DNA from: Paramoeba atlantica
Lineage: Eukaryota > Protista > Discosea
Assembly (NCBI GenBank): GCA_977017575.1
Contig: CDRNVI010000047.1
Coordinates: 299,952-363,951, forward strand
DNA length: 64,000 bases
Direction of reading: 5' to 3'
This document shows, piece after piece, positions 10,670-19,944 of this stretch (the stretch's first letter is position 1; each line of letters starts with the position of its first letter). Both the position numbers and the translations under genes were made by a program. The notes under the pieces are model-generated. The model was given only the letters and a program-made list of their open reading frames with translations, was not told the DNA's origin and made no database searches.

Positions 10670-10765
10670 TACGCGGTGGTTGTTTCAACTTAGAAGTCAC
10701 TCATGCTGCGCGCTTCGCGTTGAAAACTACCACCGCGTATAACGAAGAGCCTAAAAAAGAAAAAT
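10670..10765 (-). repeat. Cruciform repeat copy
   Basis: acgcggtggttgtttcaac-ttagaagtcactcatgctgcgcgcttcgc-gttgaaaactaccaccgcgtataacgaagagcctaaaaaag. Confidence 0.8.
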
Positions 10766-11166
10766 TGCCAAAATATCATGAATAATCTAGTTTTTTGGGT
10801 GAAAAACCTCGATTTTTCGCCAAAAATTGCGAAATTTTAACCCGAATTTGGGCCGTTTTGGATGCCTTACCAGTAGGCAGGATTGTGTCGGACACATCCT
10901 GCGAGCACAACGCAGAGTTAAACCCTGTTGTGTCGGTGAAAAATAATCTCCTACGCGTGTGCTATCACTTCCCCTAGCTCAATTTTGAAAATTTAATATA
11001 CTGTGCCCCCCCCACTTATAGTGCCGCGGGGTACCCCCCACTTACACTGTATAGTGCCGTTTTGAAAAAAACCGTCCAAGAAAAAATGACCAATTTTTTT
11101 TGACCAAAAAGTAGAGCAAATATGGTGTAAATTTCTAATGTATTCGTGTATGGAAATAATTGAAAT

Positions 11167-12081
11167 TTGCGGTGGTTGTAAAACTACCGCTCTACACTCG
11201 ATTATTGAAAAAAAAGTGAACAAAAACAGTGAAAATATAAAGGGGAACACAGTAATATAATAGAAGAAAAAATATAAAAGGGGTCCGGTGGACCAAAACT
11301 GAAAAAAAAATTTGAAAAAAATGGGGGGTCCAGGGGGGCGGGTCCAGGGGGGGGGCTCCATGGGGAGGGGTCCAGGAGGGGGGGTCATGGTCGAGCAATT
11401 TTTTTCGAAAAAATTAGTTTTCGAAAGAAAACCGCAGAAAGGGTAGCCGGGGTCTTGGCGCGCATTTTCCACCCCCCTACCCGGGGGTGACCCCCGCGCA
11501 TATCCGCAGGACGGATCCGCCCGTCGTAGAGTTCGGATTTTTTCGGAAAAAAAATTTTGAAAAAAATTTCAACTTAGCGAAAAAAATGACAAAAAAAATA
11601 TTTTTCCAAAATCGTTTCCCCTATTGTATTTTGATAGTTTGGGACCTACACTAGCTTTCTCCGCAGTTGTTTTCGCAAGGTATCACTTCTTCGAACCGTG
11701 GTGCGCCCCTCAAAATGACCCATTTTTGACTAAAAAAGGTGAAAAAGTATTTTTCGGACCCAAAGGGCCCTTTTTGTGTCGAAAGAATGGTATGGTTGGA
11801 GTCGTATTCTCTACCCAATACGTTCGGTAGGCTTTCATTCATGCCTACGAGTGATTTCCCACGCGCAAATGTCGGATTTAGTGCTCGGAGAGCAAAAATA
11901 CGCGAAAATCACCCCATTTTTACCCGAAATTCGGCTATTTTTGGCTATAATCTTTTCATTTTCCAGGCTAAATTTTCTTTTTTAGGCTCTTCGTTAAACG
12001 CGGTGGTGGTTTTCAACTCGGAGAGCGTAGCATGAGTGACTTCTAAGTTGAAAACAACCACCGCGTTTAACGAAGAGCCTA
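11167..12081 (+). mobile_element. ~0.9-kb dispersed element, copy 2
   Basis: Colinear with 2832-3737, including both terminal structures. Confidence 0.8.
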
Positions 12082-12371
12082 TATTATTCGTTCCCTTCAT
12101 CAGTTGGACACTATGAAGATTTGGATGGCAGTACACGGCCCTAAAATTTCCGGAATAATAAGTGTTCGTCAAAACAACGGGCCACGTCCTGGCCAAATTT
12201 GGGGAAAAAGTGAACAAAACTGCTATCTCGCTGATGGAGGGGACAAAAGTTGTGGCAACATAAGTTGTGTCAGCAAAAGTCGTGTTAATCCCAGAAATTA
12301 ACACGACTTTTGTTGACACAACATAATTTCCCCCCTGTAATCTATTTAAGATTAAACCCCGTTCCGGGTTA

Positions 12372-12718
12372 CAGTACGGGGCTTTATTACGGGACGGGTT
12401 AATTAAGGGACACCCCCCATCAGGGCCAAAGTCCTTAACCAAAGTACCAACCGTCCCTTAATTCTTCATTTTGTTTTCTAAGGATCTCCTATACCTTTTT
12501 CTTTCAATTATCTTCCTTTATTTATGTTCTTTTCGTTCAGTTATCTTACAAATACACTTTTATGTGTGCCTGATAACTTGCGCGCTCTGTTACTTGGGCG
12601 CTACATTCGTAGTTCTTTTTCCAAAGGTATGACCCCACCCCTATATTGTCCCTTAAATACCCGTCCCGTAATTAAGCCGTCCCGTAATTCCCCCGTCCCG
12701 TAATAACACCACGCACTG
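12372..12718. mobile_element. Tc1/mariner-type MITE (CAGT...ACTG, TA TSD)
   Basis: TA at 12370-71 and 12719-20. Imperfect ~34-bp TIRs (cagtacggggctttattacgggacggg vs cagtgcgtggtgttattacgggacggg) and repeated subterminal ccgtcccgtaat motifs. Confidence 0.65.
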
Positions 12719-13550
12719 TAATGTACCTGTAGCTCGCTATTGTACCGGTGGGGTACAATAAGTGGAAACGCTTGGTTTTATTGTACTCCCCCTGTGCAAA
12801 AGAGGGCGCCGCGAAGCGGCGCCAATTTTTTTTCGCCTTTTTACAGATTTTTTTTTAATTGATTACAATTTTACCATTTCTACCAGCGAAGACATAAAAA
12901 TAGAAAAGCCCCGGAATTTTTTTTTCCGGGGCTTTTTTTTTGCACTAATTTTTTTTTTGCACTATTTTGATTATTTTTTGGAATTTTTATTGTACCTGTA
13001 GCTACGTATTGTACTTGTAGCTAGTTATTGAGGGAGATACTACTCCCTCGCTACCGTAGGTTAATTCGCCGTGCCCGATTTGTGGCCCGATTTCGTGCCC
13101 GACTCATGCCCGATATCGTTTCAGGTGAGTTTTCGAAAAAAATGTTTACAAAGACGTATGAATCGAATTGAGTAACAAGATCACTCGTTTTTCCCAAATC
13201 CGATGGGTGCCCCCTCCCCCCCCCCTCCCCACCAGGGTCATCATAGCAATTTCTGAAATTTTGAAAAAAAACTGAAAAGTTATGGGTGAAAGTGAAAAAA
13301 TATATTTTTCCCAAATCCTAGACCGTTTTTTGAGAGTTTGGAGCCTGATATACCTGTATAAGCTTTGGTTTAATTCGATATTTCTTCCCCATGTGCTGTT
13401 AGTACACCTACCGAAGCCAAAATTTACCTCGAAGTTTGTGACACGCAAGGCCGTAGAGGAAGGAGGAGGCGCAAGGCAAAAGTCAGAAGGCGGAGCCTTC
13501 TGTCTTTTTGCCGCGGCGACGACGACTTCCTCGCGTGGGAAGCTGTAAGA

Positions 13551-13768
13551 GGGAGCATGTTTACATGGCTATGTAACCCAGGCTAAAGTGGACGAAGGAG
13601 ATACTAAGGGCACCTTTAGCAATCTACCACAAAACTGGGACAGTATCTCCCATTAAAGATTCTTGGGCCACATCAGAATGCTTTACAAACCTGGAGATAC
13701 CGTTCCAGTTTTGTGGTAGATTGCTAAAGGTGCCCTTAGTATCTCCCTCGTCCACTTTAGCCTGGGTT
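13551..13768. mobile_element. Long-TIR MITE family, copy 2
   Basis: About 75-bp near-perfect inverted repeat (acccaggctaaagtggacga..gtatctcc / ggagatac..tcgtccactttagcctgggt). Confidence 0.75.
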
Positions 13769-14158
13769 GTACCGGGGTGGGGTACACTAACCCGGACGGG
13801 GGTTTAAAACTGACATTTTTATTTTCCAAGCAAAATATTTTTATGCGTCCTGTGACTGGAATATCAGGAATCTGCAGAAAGCCGCCTGGGCGAGGAATAG
13901 AGCGACTGGCATTCCTCGTGCAATGTGGAATGCGCCACCATGTTGCTACATATTATCAGATAATTGCATTACGAGGGGCTTGGAAGCATTATAGCTTGGA
14001 TTTGGCTACGGGGAACGCAACGATGATGCGGATACCACTAGAAGAAAGATAAAACGCACTTTCGAATCTAGTGGGTATAAGATGCACGATATTGACGATT
14101 GATTGTTATCGTTTCATTGATGTTGAAATTCGTTGCGGTCAATGCATAACCCATTTTA

Positions 14159-14799
14159 CAGTGCACACAATTATTAGTGTAACAATAATTCGTAAAACAA
14201 AAATTAGTAAATTTTTAATTAGTAAAACATTTTGCAAAATTCTGGTTTTACACCTTACATTTTTTTCTTTTCTTCACCTTACATCTTTTTGTTTCGGAAT
14301 TCTATTTTTTTTTTGCGAAAAGTTTTCAAATTACTATGTCGCACGAAAGCGAGCAAGATTTCTGTGAGCAAGATTTTTATTAATCTTATTTTTTTGGGGT
14401 GTTTCTCTCTCTTGTATTTAAGAGATTTTTTTCATATTTAAGAAAATGCTCATGTAGGGACATTGTATGGGAGGGGGTAAAAGTCAATCCCTTTTTGGGG
14501 GATATTCTTTCTAAGGATTTTCTTTGTAATACGCTTCACTGAAGCCTGACACACTCAGCATGGGGAAGCATGGTCGGGACCTCCTCGCGGTCTTCCCTAG
14601 CGTTACCATTTTGCAGATGGTACTAACGCCGACCTTAGAGGAGACAACCTACTCAAACGACAGAAATACCTTTTCTGTAAAAATTGATTTTATCAAGTTG
14701 GCAAATTTTTGGGGGCAGTGCAAAAATTAGTGAATTTTTAATTAGTAAAACTTTTTTATTATTTTACAATAAAAGTTTTACTAATTTTTGCGAGCACTG
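14159..14799. mobile_element. Probable Tc1/mariner-type non-autonomous element
   Basis: TA|CAGTGC...GCACTG|TA ends with about 19/25 TIR identity and repeated attagtaaaac subterminal motifs. Confidence 0.45.
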
Positions 14800-14884
14800 T
14801 ACCTATTTACGGAATTTCTTAATTACGGTTACTCCCTAATTACGGTTAACCGATTTAAGGTTAAAATCGACGAAATTTTAACCG

Positions 14885-15430
14885 TTAACCGTAATTAAGA
14901 AATTCCGTAATTAAGTAACGCCCGGTTAGCTGGCTAAGCTTTACAACTTGATAGTTTCGTCCGGGATAGGCTTCTTCCAAAAATTTGGTTACGCGTGTCG
15001 TGACTCCATAGGATTCTCGATCCGTTTCAGATAGGTTTTTCCAAAAAGAGTACGCTTTGGCTTTCACGCGCTGCGGAATGCCCACTCTTGTGCGCTTCCG
15101 TTGCGTTCCACCAAACGTTCGCTTTGTGCGTTCACCCGCGCAACGTCGCTTAAAGTTTTCCGCACCGTTTTGGAATTCAGAATCGGAAATATTTTCATCT
15201 TCCGAATCGCTAGAGGTGCTTGACGAAAGTGAGGGATCAGAGTCATCCAAGGGGCCAAAATGATCGCGCTGCTCCACATTATCTCGTTCGGTTGAAGCAT
15301 CGTGTAAAACAGCGGAGTCTAGCCCTGGATCGTCCTCCAGGGTTTCCCATTCATCTTCATCCGGGGGAAGAACAACGCGAGTCCAACTTGCAACTTCCAT
15401 AGCTCTTCGCTCCAAAAATTCGACGGACAT
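14885..15430 (-). CDS. Hypothetical acidic/basic ORF (181 aa), possibly a transposon-derived fragment
   Basis: Open ORF with a D/S-rich tract and a basic segment. It runs into a palindromic AT-rich sequence at 14805-14910. No family recognised. Confidence 0.3.
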   Translation of the reverse strand: MSVEFLERRAMEVASWTRVVLPPDEDEWETLEDDPGLDSAVLHDASTERDNVEQRDHFGPLDDSDPSLSSSTSSDSEDENISDSEFQNGAENFKRRCAGERTKRTFGGTQRKRTRVGIPQRVKAKAYSFWKNLSETDRESYGVTTRVTKFLEEAYPGRNYQVVKLSQLTGRYLITEFLNYG

Positions 15431-15691
15431 TTTTAGAAAAATTTACTAAAACAATAAATTAGGATATTCATCCAATTAGGATATTCATCCACCCCCCGGT
15501 TTAGAATATGTAGAGCTCTTTCTTTCATGTTTTCCTTTCTTACACACGCGTACAACGTGTGAAGAGTGTTCAAGATGTCGATCTGCTATTACAGATCTGG
15601 AATACATCGTTGCGCGTCAAGTTCTGTCTCCATCATGCGTTTTTCTTTCCTTCTTCCACACAAAAAGTTTAATCTGTTTCCCCCTTCTACT

Positions 15692-17082
15692 TGTGGATTG
15701 TCATACTCAGTGCAACACCTTTTTGTCATACTCAGTGCAACAAAAATGAGAAAAATATGGGTGTGTTCCGGATGTCAGGATTTTCGCATACTCAGTGCAA
15801 CACTGTTTTTTCGGTCGGACAGCACCACAAACGGACGCGGGATTGTATGAGCCATGTTAAGAAAGAAACAATGGATTAAGAAAAAAAAAATATGTAAGGA
15901 GAAGAAAAAGGGAGTACCTGGATAATCGATATTGACGGAACAGCATAACGCGTTTCTTTAGTAAAGAGATAAACTTTTTACCTTTACTGTTTTACAACTT
16001 ACGGCTATACAACTTACTGCTTTCATGTATAGTACCGTCTCTTTATAGTAAAATTTGGCCTTCCAAGCTCTTTGGGGAGAACCATTTCAAGCACTTTCGT
16101 GGCCGTTTGTTCAGTTTGTTGGCCGTCTTACTAACTTCGCGCTGTGTCAACTCCTCAAAAGTATCTGACTTGGTGTGATACTGACGGACCAGACCATTCA
16201 TGTTTTCAACGGCCCCCTTTTCCCAGGAATGGTAAGGATGACAAAAGTAAGATTTGCATCCTAACTTCTTGTTGATGGCTTCATGATTGGTGTTTTCAGT
16301 TCCATTGTCATACGTTATGGTATGCGCTTTGTATTTATTTAAGGCTTTCAGCAACTGTGTTTCAACTTCTTTTGACTGCTTGGATTGAAATACACGAAGG
16401 ACAACAAACTTACTCTTTCGTTCACAAAGGGTCAGGATGAAATACCCACTTTTCTTTGCTCCCTCAATTAAATCGGCCTCCCAATCACCATACCGACGTC
16501 GTGTGTTTACTATTTGGGGACGATGATCGATAGAAACCCGGTTTGGAATGGTACTTCGACCATGAATGCGTCGAACATAAGGCCGCCTTCCGCGGATCCG
16601 TAGGCACCTATGAATCTTCCCCCCATTGTCTTTGTCTCGACGAACAAATCGATAGATTGTGGAAGTGGATGGTGAACCTTGTGAGCCGACAACAAGTGTA
16701 TTAGCAACCTGCTCCGGGCTGTGAAGCTTTCGGAGACGGGTCTTTACACTTTTTTCAAGACTGGCTCGAATTAGACGTGGTCTGGTTCCTTTATTAACCA
16801 GTCGTCTCTTGGCAACACGATGGGCACGGCTGGAACGGTATTGCCCACCTCTTTTCCTGTTGCGTGCCAGCTCACGACATACCGTACTTGGGGACTTATC
16901 AATCGATCGGGCAATTTCCCTCTTCGTGGCGCCACTTTCAAACATCGTTTGAATATCTTTGCGATTGTTTTCAGATAATCTTCTGTACTTTGGCATGAAT
17001 GAACTGAATTATGTAGAAATTAGTATATGAAGTGTATTATGTAGAAACTAACCTTTTGTTGCGCTGAGTATGACAATCCACA
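15692..17082 (-). mobile_element. IS30-family insertion sequence, 1391 bp, 26-bp TIRs, 4-bp TSD (TACT)
   Basis: TIRs TGTGGATTGTCATACTCAG(T/C)GCAACA at 15692-15717 and 17057-17082 (25/26 identical). TACT at 15688-91 and 17083-86; the empty site has a single TACT at 8748-51. Confidence 0.95.
16043..16996 (-). CDS. IS30-family DDE transposase (317 aa), intact
   Basis: N-terminal HTH (REIARSIDKSPSTVCRELARN), GDWEADLIEG, TITYDNGTE and YFCHPYHSWEKGAVENMNGLVRQY. All three DDE residues are present. Confidence 0.95.
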   Translation of the reverse strand: MPKYRRLSENNRKDIQTMFESGATKREIARSIDKSPSTVCRELARNRKRGGQYRSSRAHRVAKRRLVNKGTRPRLIRASLEKSVKTRLRKLHSPEQVANTLVVGSQGSPSTSTIYRFVRRDKDNGGKIHRCLRIRGRRPYVRRIHGRSTIPNRVSIDHRPQIVNTRRRYGDWEADLIEGAKKSGYFILTLCERKSKFVVLRVFQSKQSKEVETQLLKALNKYKAHTITYDNGTENTNHEAINKKLGCKSYFCHPYHSWEKGAVENMNGLVRQYHTKSDTFEELTQREVSKTANKLNKRPRKCLKWFSPKSLEGQILL

Positions 17083-17194
17083 TACTGCTTTCCTTTCATT
17101 TTTTTATTTCTTCATTTTCTCCCTTTCCAACCTTTCCCGTCCTATCCCTTTTCTTCCTTCCCTACCTTCCCTCCACTCCCCCTCCCATGGTTCC

Positions 17195-18217
17195 ATGATC
17201 CCCCTTTTCCTCCTCATCCTCCTCATCTCATTTCCCACCCTTTCCCCTTCCACACCCACCCCCTTACACGCTCATGACCCCTTGTCGAGCTCCAAACCTC
17301 TCTCCAAGACATCCCCTCTCCCAACCCCAACCCCCCTCCTCGCTTCCTCCCACCCCCTTGAGTCGATGCTCTCGTTGATTGCCCCGATCAAAGCCCCCCA
17401 CCCTAGCTGGAACGCCTCCCATCCCCTCTCCCACTGGTACGGTGTGAAATGCAATGAGCTCGGACACCCTCTAGAGCTTCGCTGGGCTGGGCTTATGGTT
17501 TTAGGGGAGCTGAACTGGCGATTCCTGCCCCTATCGGTGACGCGAATTAGTTTACAACGCACCCACCTCCGGGGGAAGGTCGTGCTCGACCCCTCCCACC
17601 TCGCTTTGGAGGTCATAAAGATTGGGGGGAATGAGTTTACCGGTTCGTTTCCGTTTCAGACACTCCCCCCAGGGCTACGGCATTTAGATATTGGGTTAAA
17701 TCGTTTTCAAGGCGTTGTGGATCTTAGTGCGCTCCCTATGGGGTTGGAGTTTTTATATTGTCACCAGAATACTTTTTCCGGAGGAGTGTACTTGAGTTTG
17801 CTTCCCGTGTGTCTAAAACGGTTGTTGTTGAACGGAAATTTGTTTATCGGGCCTGTGGATCTTCAAAGTCTCCCTCCGGCACTTCTCTCTCTTCATTTGC
17901 AGTCGAATAGTTTTACGGGAAAGGTAAATCTTCGACACCTCCCCTCATGCATAATAGAGATTTTTCTACAGATGAATGCATTTTACGGGCGTCTAGATTT
18001 GTCGCTTCTGCCGTCTCGTCTGGAGGTTTTGCGATTGGATCATAACCACTTTCGGGGAAGTATTAAGTTAGATTCTCTTCCTCGAAGTCTGAAAAAACTA
18101 CATGTAGAAGGAAATCGACTTCATGGAAACGTGCGTTTCTCTCAGTTTCACTCCAGCCTCATAATTTCTATCTCTTCAAAGGAGAGGTCAAAAACAATGA
18201 ATTCTAGTTCTTCATAA
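17195..18217 (+). CDS. Secreted/surface LRR protein (340 aa), copy 2
   Basis: Six amino-acid differences from 8860-9882, all in the N-cap/first LRR segment. Confidence 0.9.
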   Translation: MIPLFLLILLISFPTLSPSTPTPLHAHDPLSSSKPLSKTSPLPTPTPLLASSHPLESMLSLIAPIKAPHPSWNASHPLSHWYGVKCNELGHPLELRWAGLMVLGELNWRFLPLSVTRISLQRTHLRGKVVLDPSHLALEVIKIGGNEFTGSFPFQTLPPGLRHLDIGLNRFQGVVDLSALPMGLEFLYCHQNTFSGGVYLSLLPVCLKRLLLNGNLFIGPVDLQSLPPALLSLHLQSNSFTGKVNLRHLPSCIIEIFLQMNAFYGRLDLSLLPSRLEVLRLDHNHFRGSIKLDSLPRSLKKLHVEGNRLHGNVRFSQFHSSLIISISSKERSKTMNSSSS

Positions 18218-18691
18218 ACAAATGTTGTTTAGGCGCTTCGTTAAACGCGGTGGATGTTTTCAACTTAGAGGTCACCACTGCTGCGCGCTTCGCGTTGAAA
18301 ACTACCACCGCGTTTAGCGAAGGGACTAAAAAAGAAAATTTGGCCTGGAAAGCTGAAGTGGTAGAGACTCTACCAGGGAAGTGGTAGAGTAGACCGCGGC
18401 GATAATTTTTAACCCCCCTGGGGGTACCCCCCCCTGGTACGCGCGGGAGGGGTCTGACAAGGTCAAAATTTCCGAAATTTTTGGGGTGACCAAAAACAAA
18501 TTGACCCAAAAAAAAGTAAAAAAATTGTTTTTCCAAAATCGACTCCTAAAACGTATTTGGAGACTTTGGGACCTCAGCTACCATTCTACGCCGTTTTTTT
18601 CGACAGATTCGCCTCCTGCACCTACTAGTGAGGCACCCAAAACGGCCCAAAACACGTTACCTTGCACCCCAAGGCCCATCCACATGTCATA

Positions 18692-19432
18692 CAAGGATTT
18701 TTCATTTTTGTGATTCGTACTCGAGAGATGTTCTCGAGTACATTTGATTGTAGGTTTCCCTTGCAACTCCGCAAAGAAGGAACACTCTTTGCAGTGGGAA
18801 TGATCCCCGCGCCCATGTTCGAAAACATGTTTGCGCATGCACTCATACTTAAATATATGATTCTCAGGGTTTTGATCGCCCTGTGTCGTAACACATTTCG
18901 TGCATGTAAAGCCATTGGCAAAGTTGTCTTCAATTTGAAGGTTTCTCCATGCGTCAAAATTTTCTTTTTCACGCTAGTGTTTCACGCAGTTGTCGTGATA
19001 CTGTACGCTCAATACGGAGGGTTTTCCCATGAGCTGTTGAAAAAAGGAACAAGGTTCACAAATGGTGTGCAATCCTTTTGAATGTTCCAGTATGTGCCGC
19101 TTCATCAGGGAAACAGTCAGTTCCACACGGACGTTCGCGTTTGCACATTCTTTGCAGGTGTAAAATGCACCTTCTTCGGCAACGTAATGCTGCCATGGCT
19201 CGTAAATCTGAGCTTCACTTTTGTGCTTCTTGCTAGCGCTGTGCTTTAGGGTCACAAGTACCCCTTTTTTCCCTTTCTTTCTTTGAAAGAAAGTGCAGCA
19301 TTCGCAGTTGCGATATGCTTTGCCCAGAGCTTTGTTAGAGCTCAATTGGCTACTCCCACCCCCACCTCCGGCCCCAGAAAGCGACATCTCGGCGGATCCC
19401 GACGACGCGGACCACGATGAGTCAGACGACAT
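18692..19432 (-). pseudogene. 5' fragment of the tandem zinc-finger gene (diverged, frameshifted)
   Basis: Homologous to 38589-39350 (MSSDSSWS..CECCTFF..YTCKEC..MKRHILEH..CEPCSFF), truncated at about 18692. Confidence 0.8.
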
Positions 19433-19635
19433 AGAAGAACGTAGAAGAACGAAAATTTACTAGAAAGGAATAAATGAATTTTGTAATCAATACTAAATGC
19501 ATATTGTCTTCCGGCGCACAAGAAACGCATTTCTAAAAACGTATTTCTACAGAAAAAGAATTACTTCATAGTTTTGTTAGCAAAACTATTTTCTCATCAT
19601 CTTTCAAAACAATATTAACACCGTGCGCAAATATA

Positions 19636-19915
19636 CAGTATGCAAAAAAACTGTTCACATGTTTGACACTTTTTTGTTGTTGGTGTTTCCCTGTGGCCAT
19701 GTTTTGTGTCCCTGTGGCCACATGTTTTTCTTTACCTGCATACGATCACACTTTTGTTACAAAGCCGATTGAGTCGGAAGCTCTATGGCAACATATACCT
19801 AGTACCCACGCGTACACTACTCTGATATACTACTTCAATGCACACGACACCTGGCCACAGGGAAACACCAACAACAAAAAAGTGTCAAACCTGTGAACAG
19901 TTTTTTTGCATACTG
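19636..19915. mobile_element. Tc1/mariner-type MITE, 280 bp
   Basis: 64-bp TIRs (cagtatgcaaaaaaactgttcaca..ccctgtggcca, 1 mismatch) flanked by TA at 19634-35 and 19916-17. Confidence 0.9.
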
Positions 19916-19944
19916 TAAAACAACCCTCAACTTAGAGCAAAAAA

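Larger units (their letters stand above)
15502..18330 (+). repeat. Segmental duplication of 8560-10000 (LRR gene, upstream region and cruciform), interrupted by IS30
   Basis: Sequence from gaatatgtagagc through gaagggactaaaaa is near-identical in both places apart from the 1391-bp insertion. Confidence 0.92.

Noticed and set aside
12904-12940. Rho-independent terminator (13-bp stem plus T-run)
   Set aside because: The hairpin is real, but it lies in eukaryotic-type repeat DNA with no upstream bacterial gene, so no terminator function can be supported.
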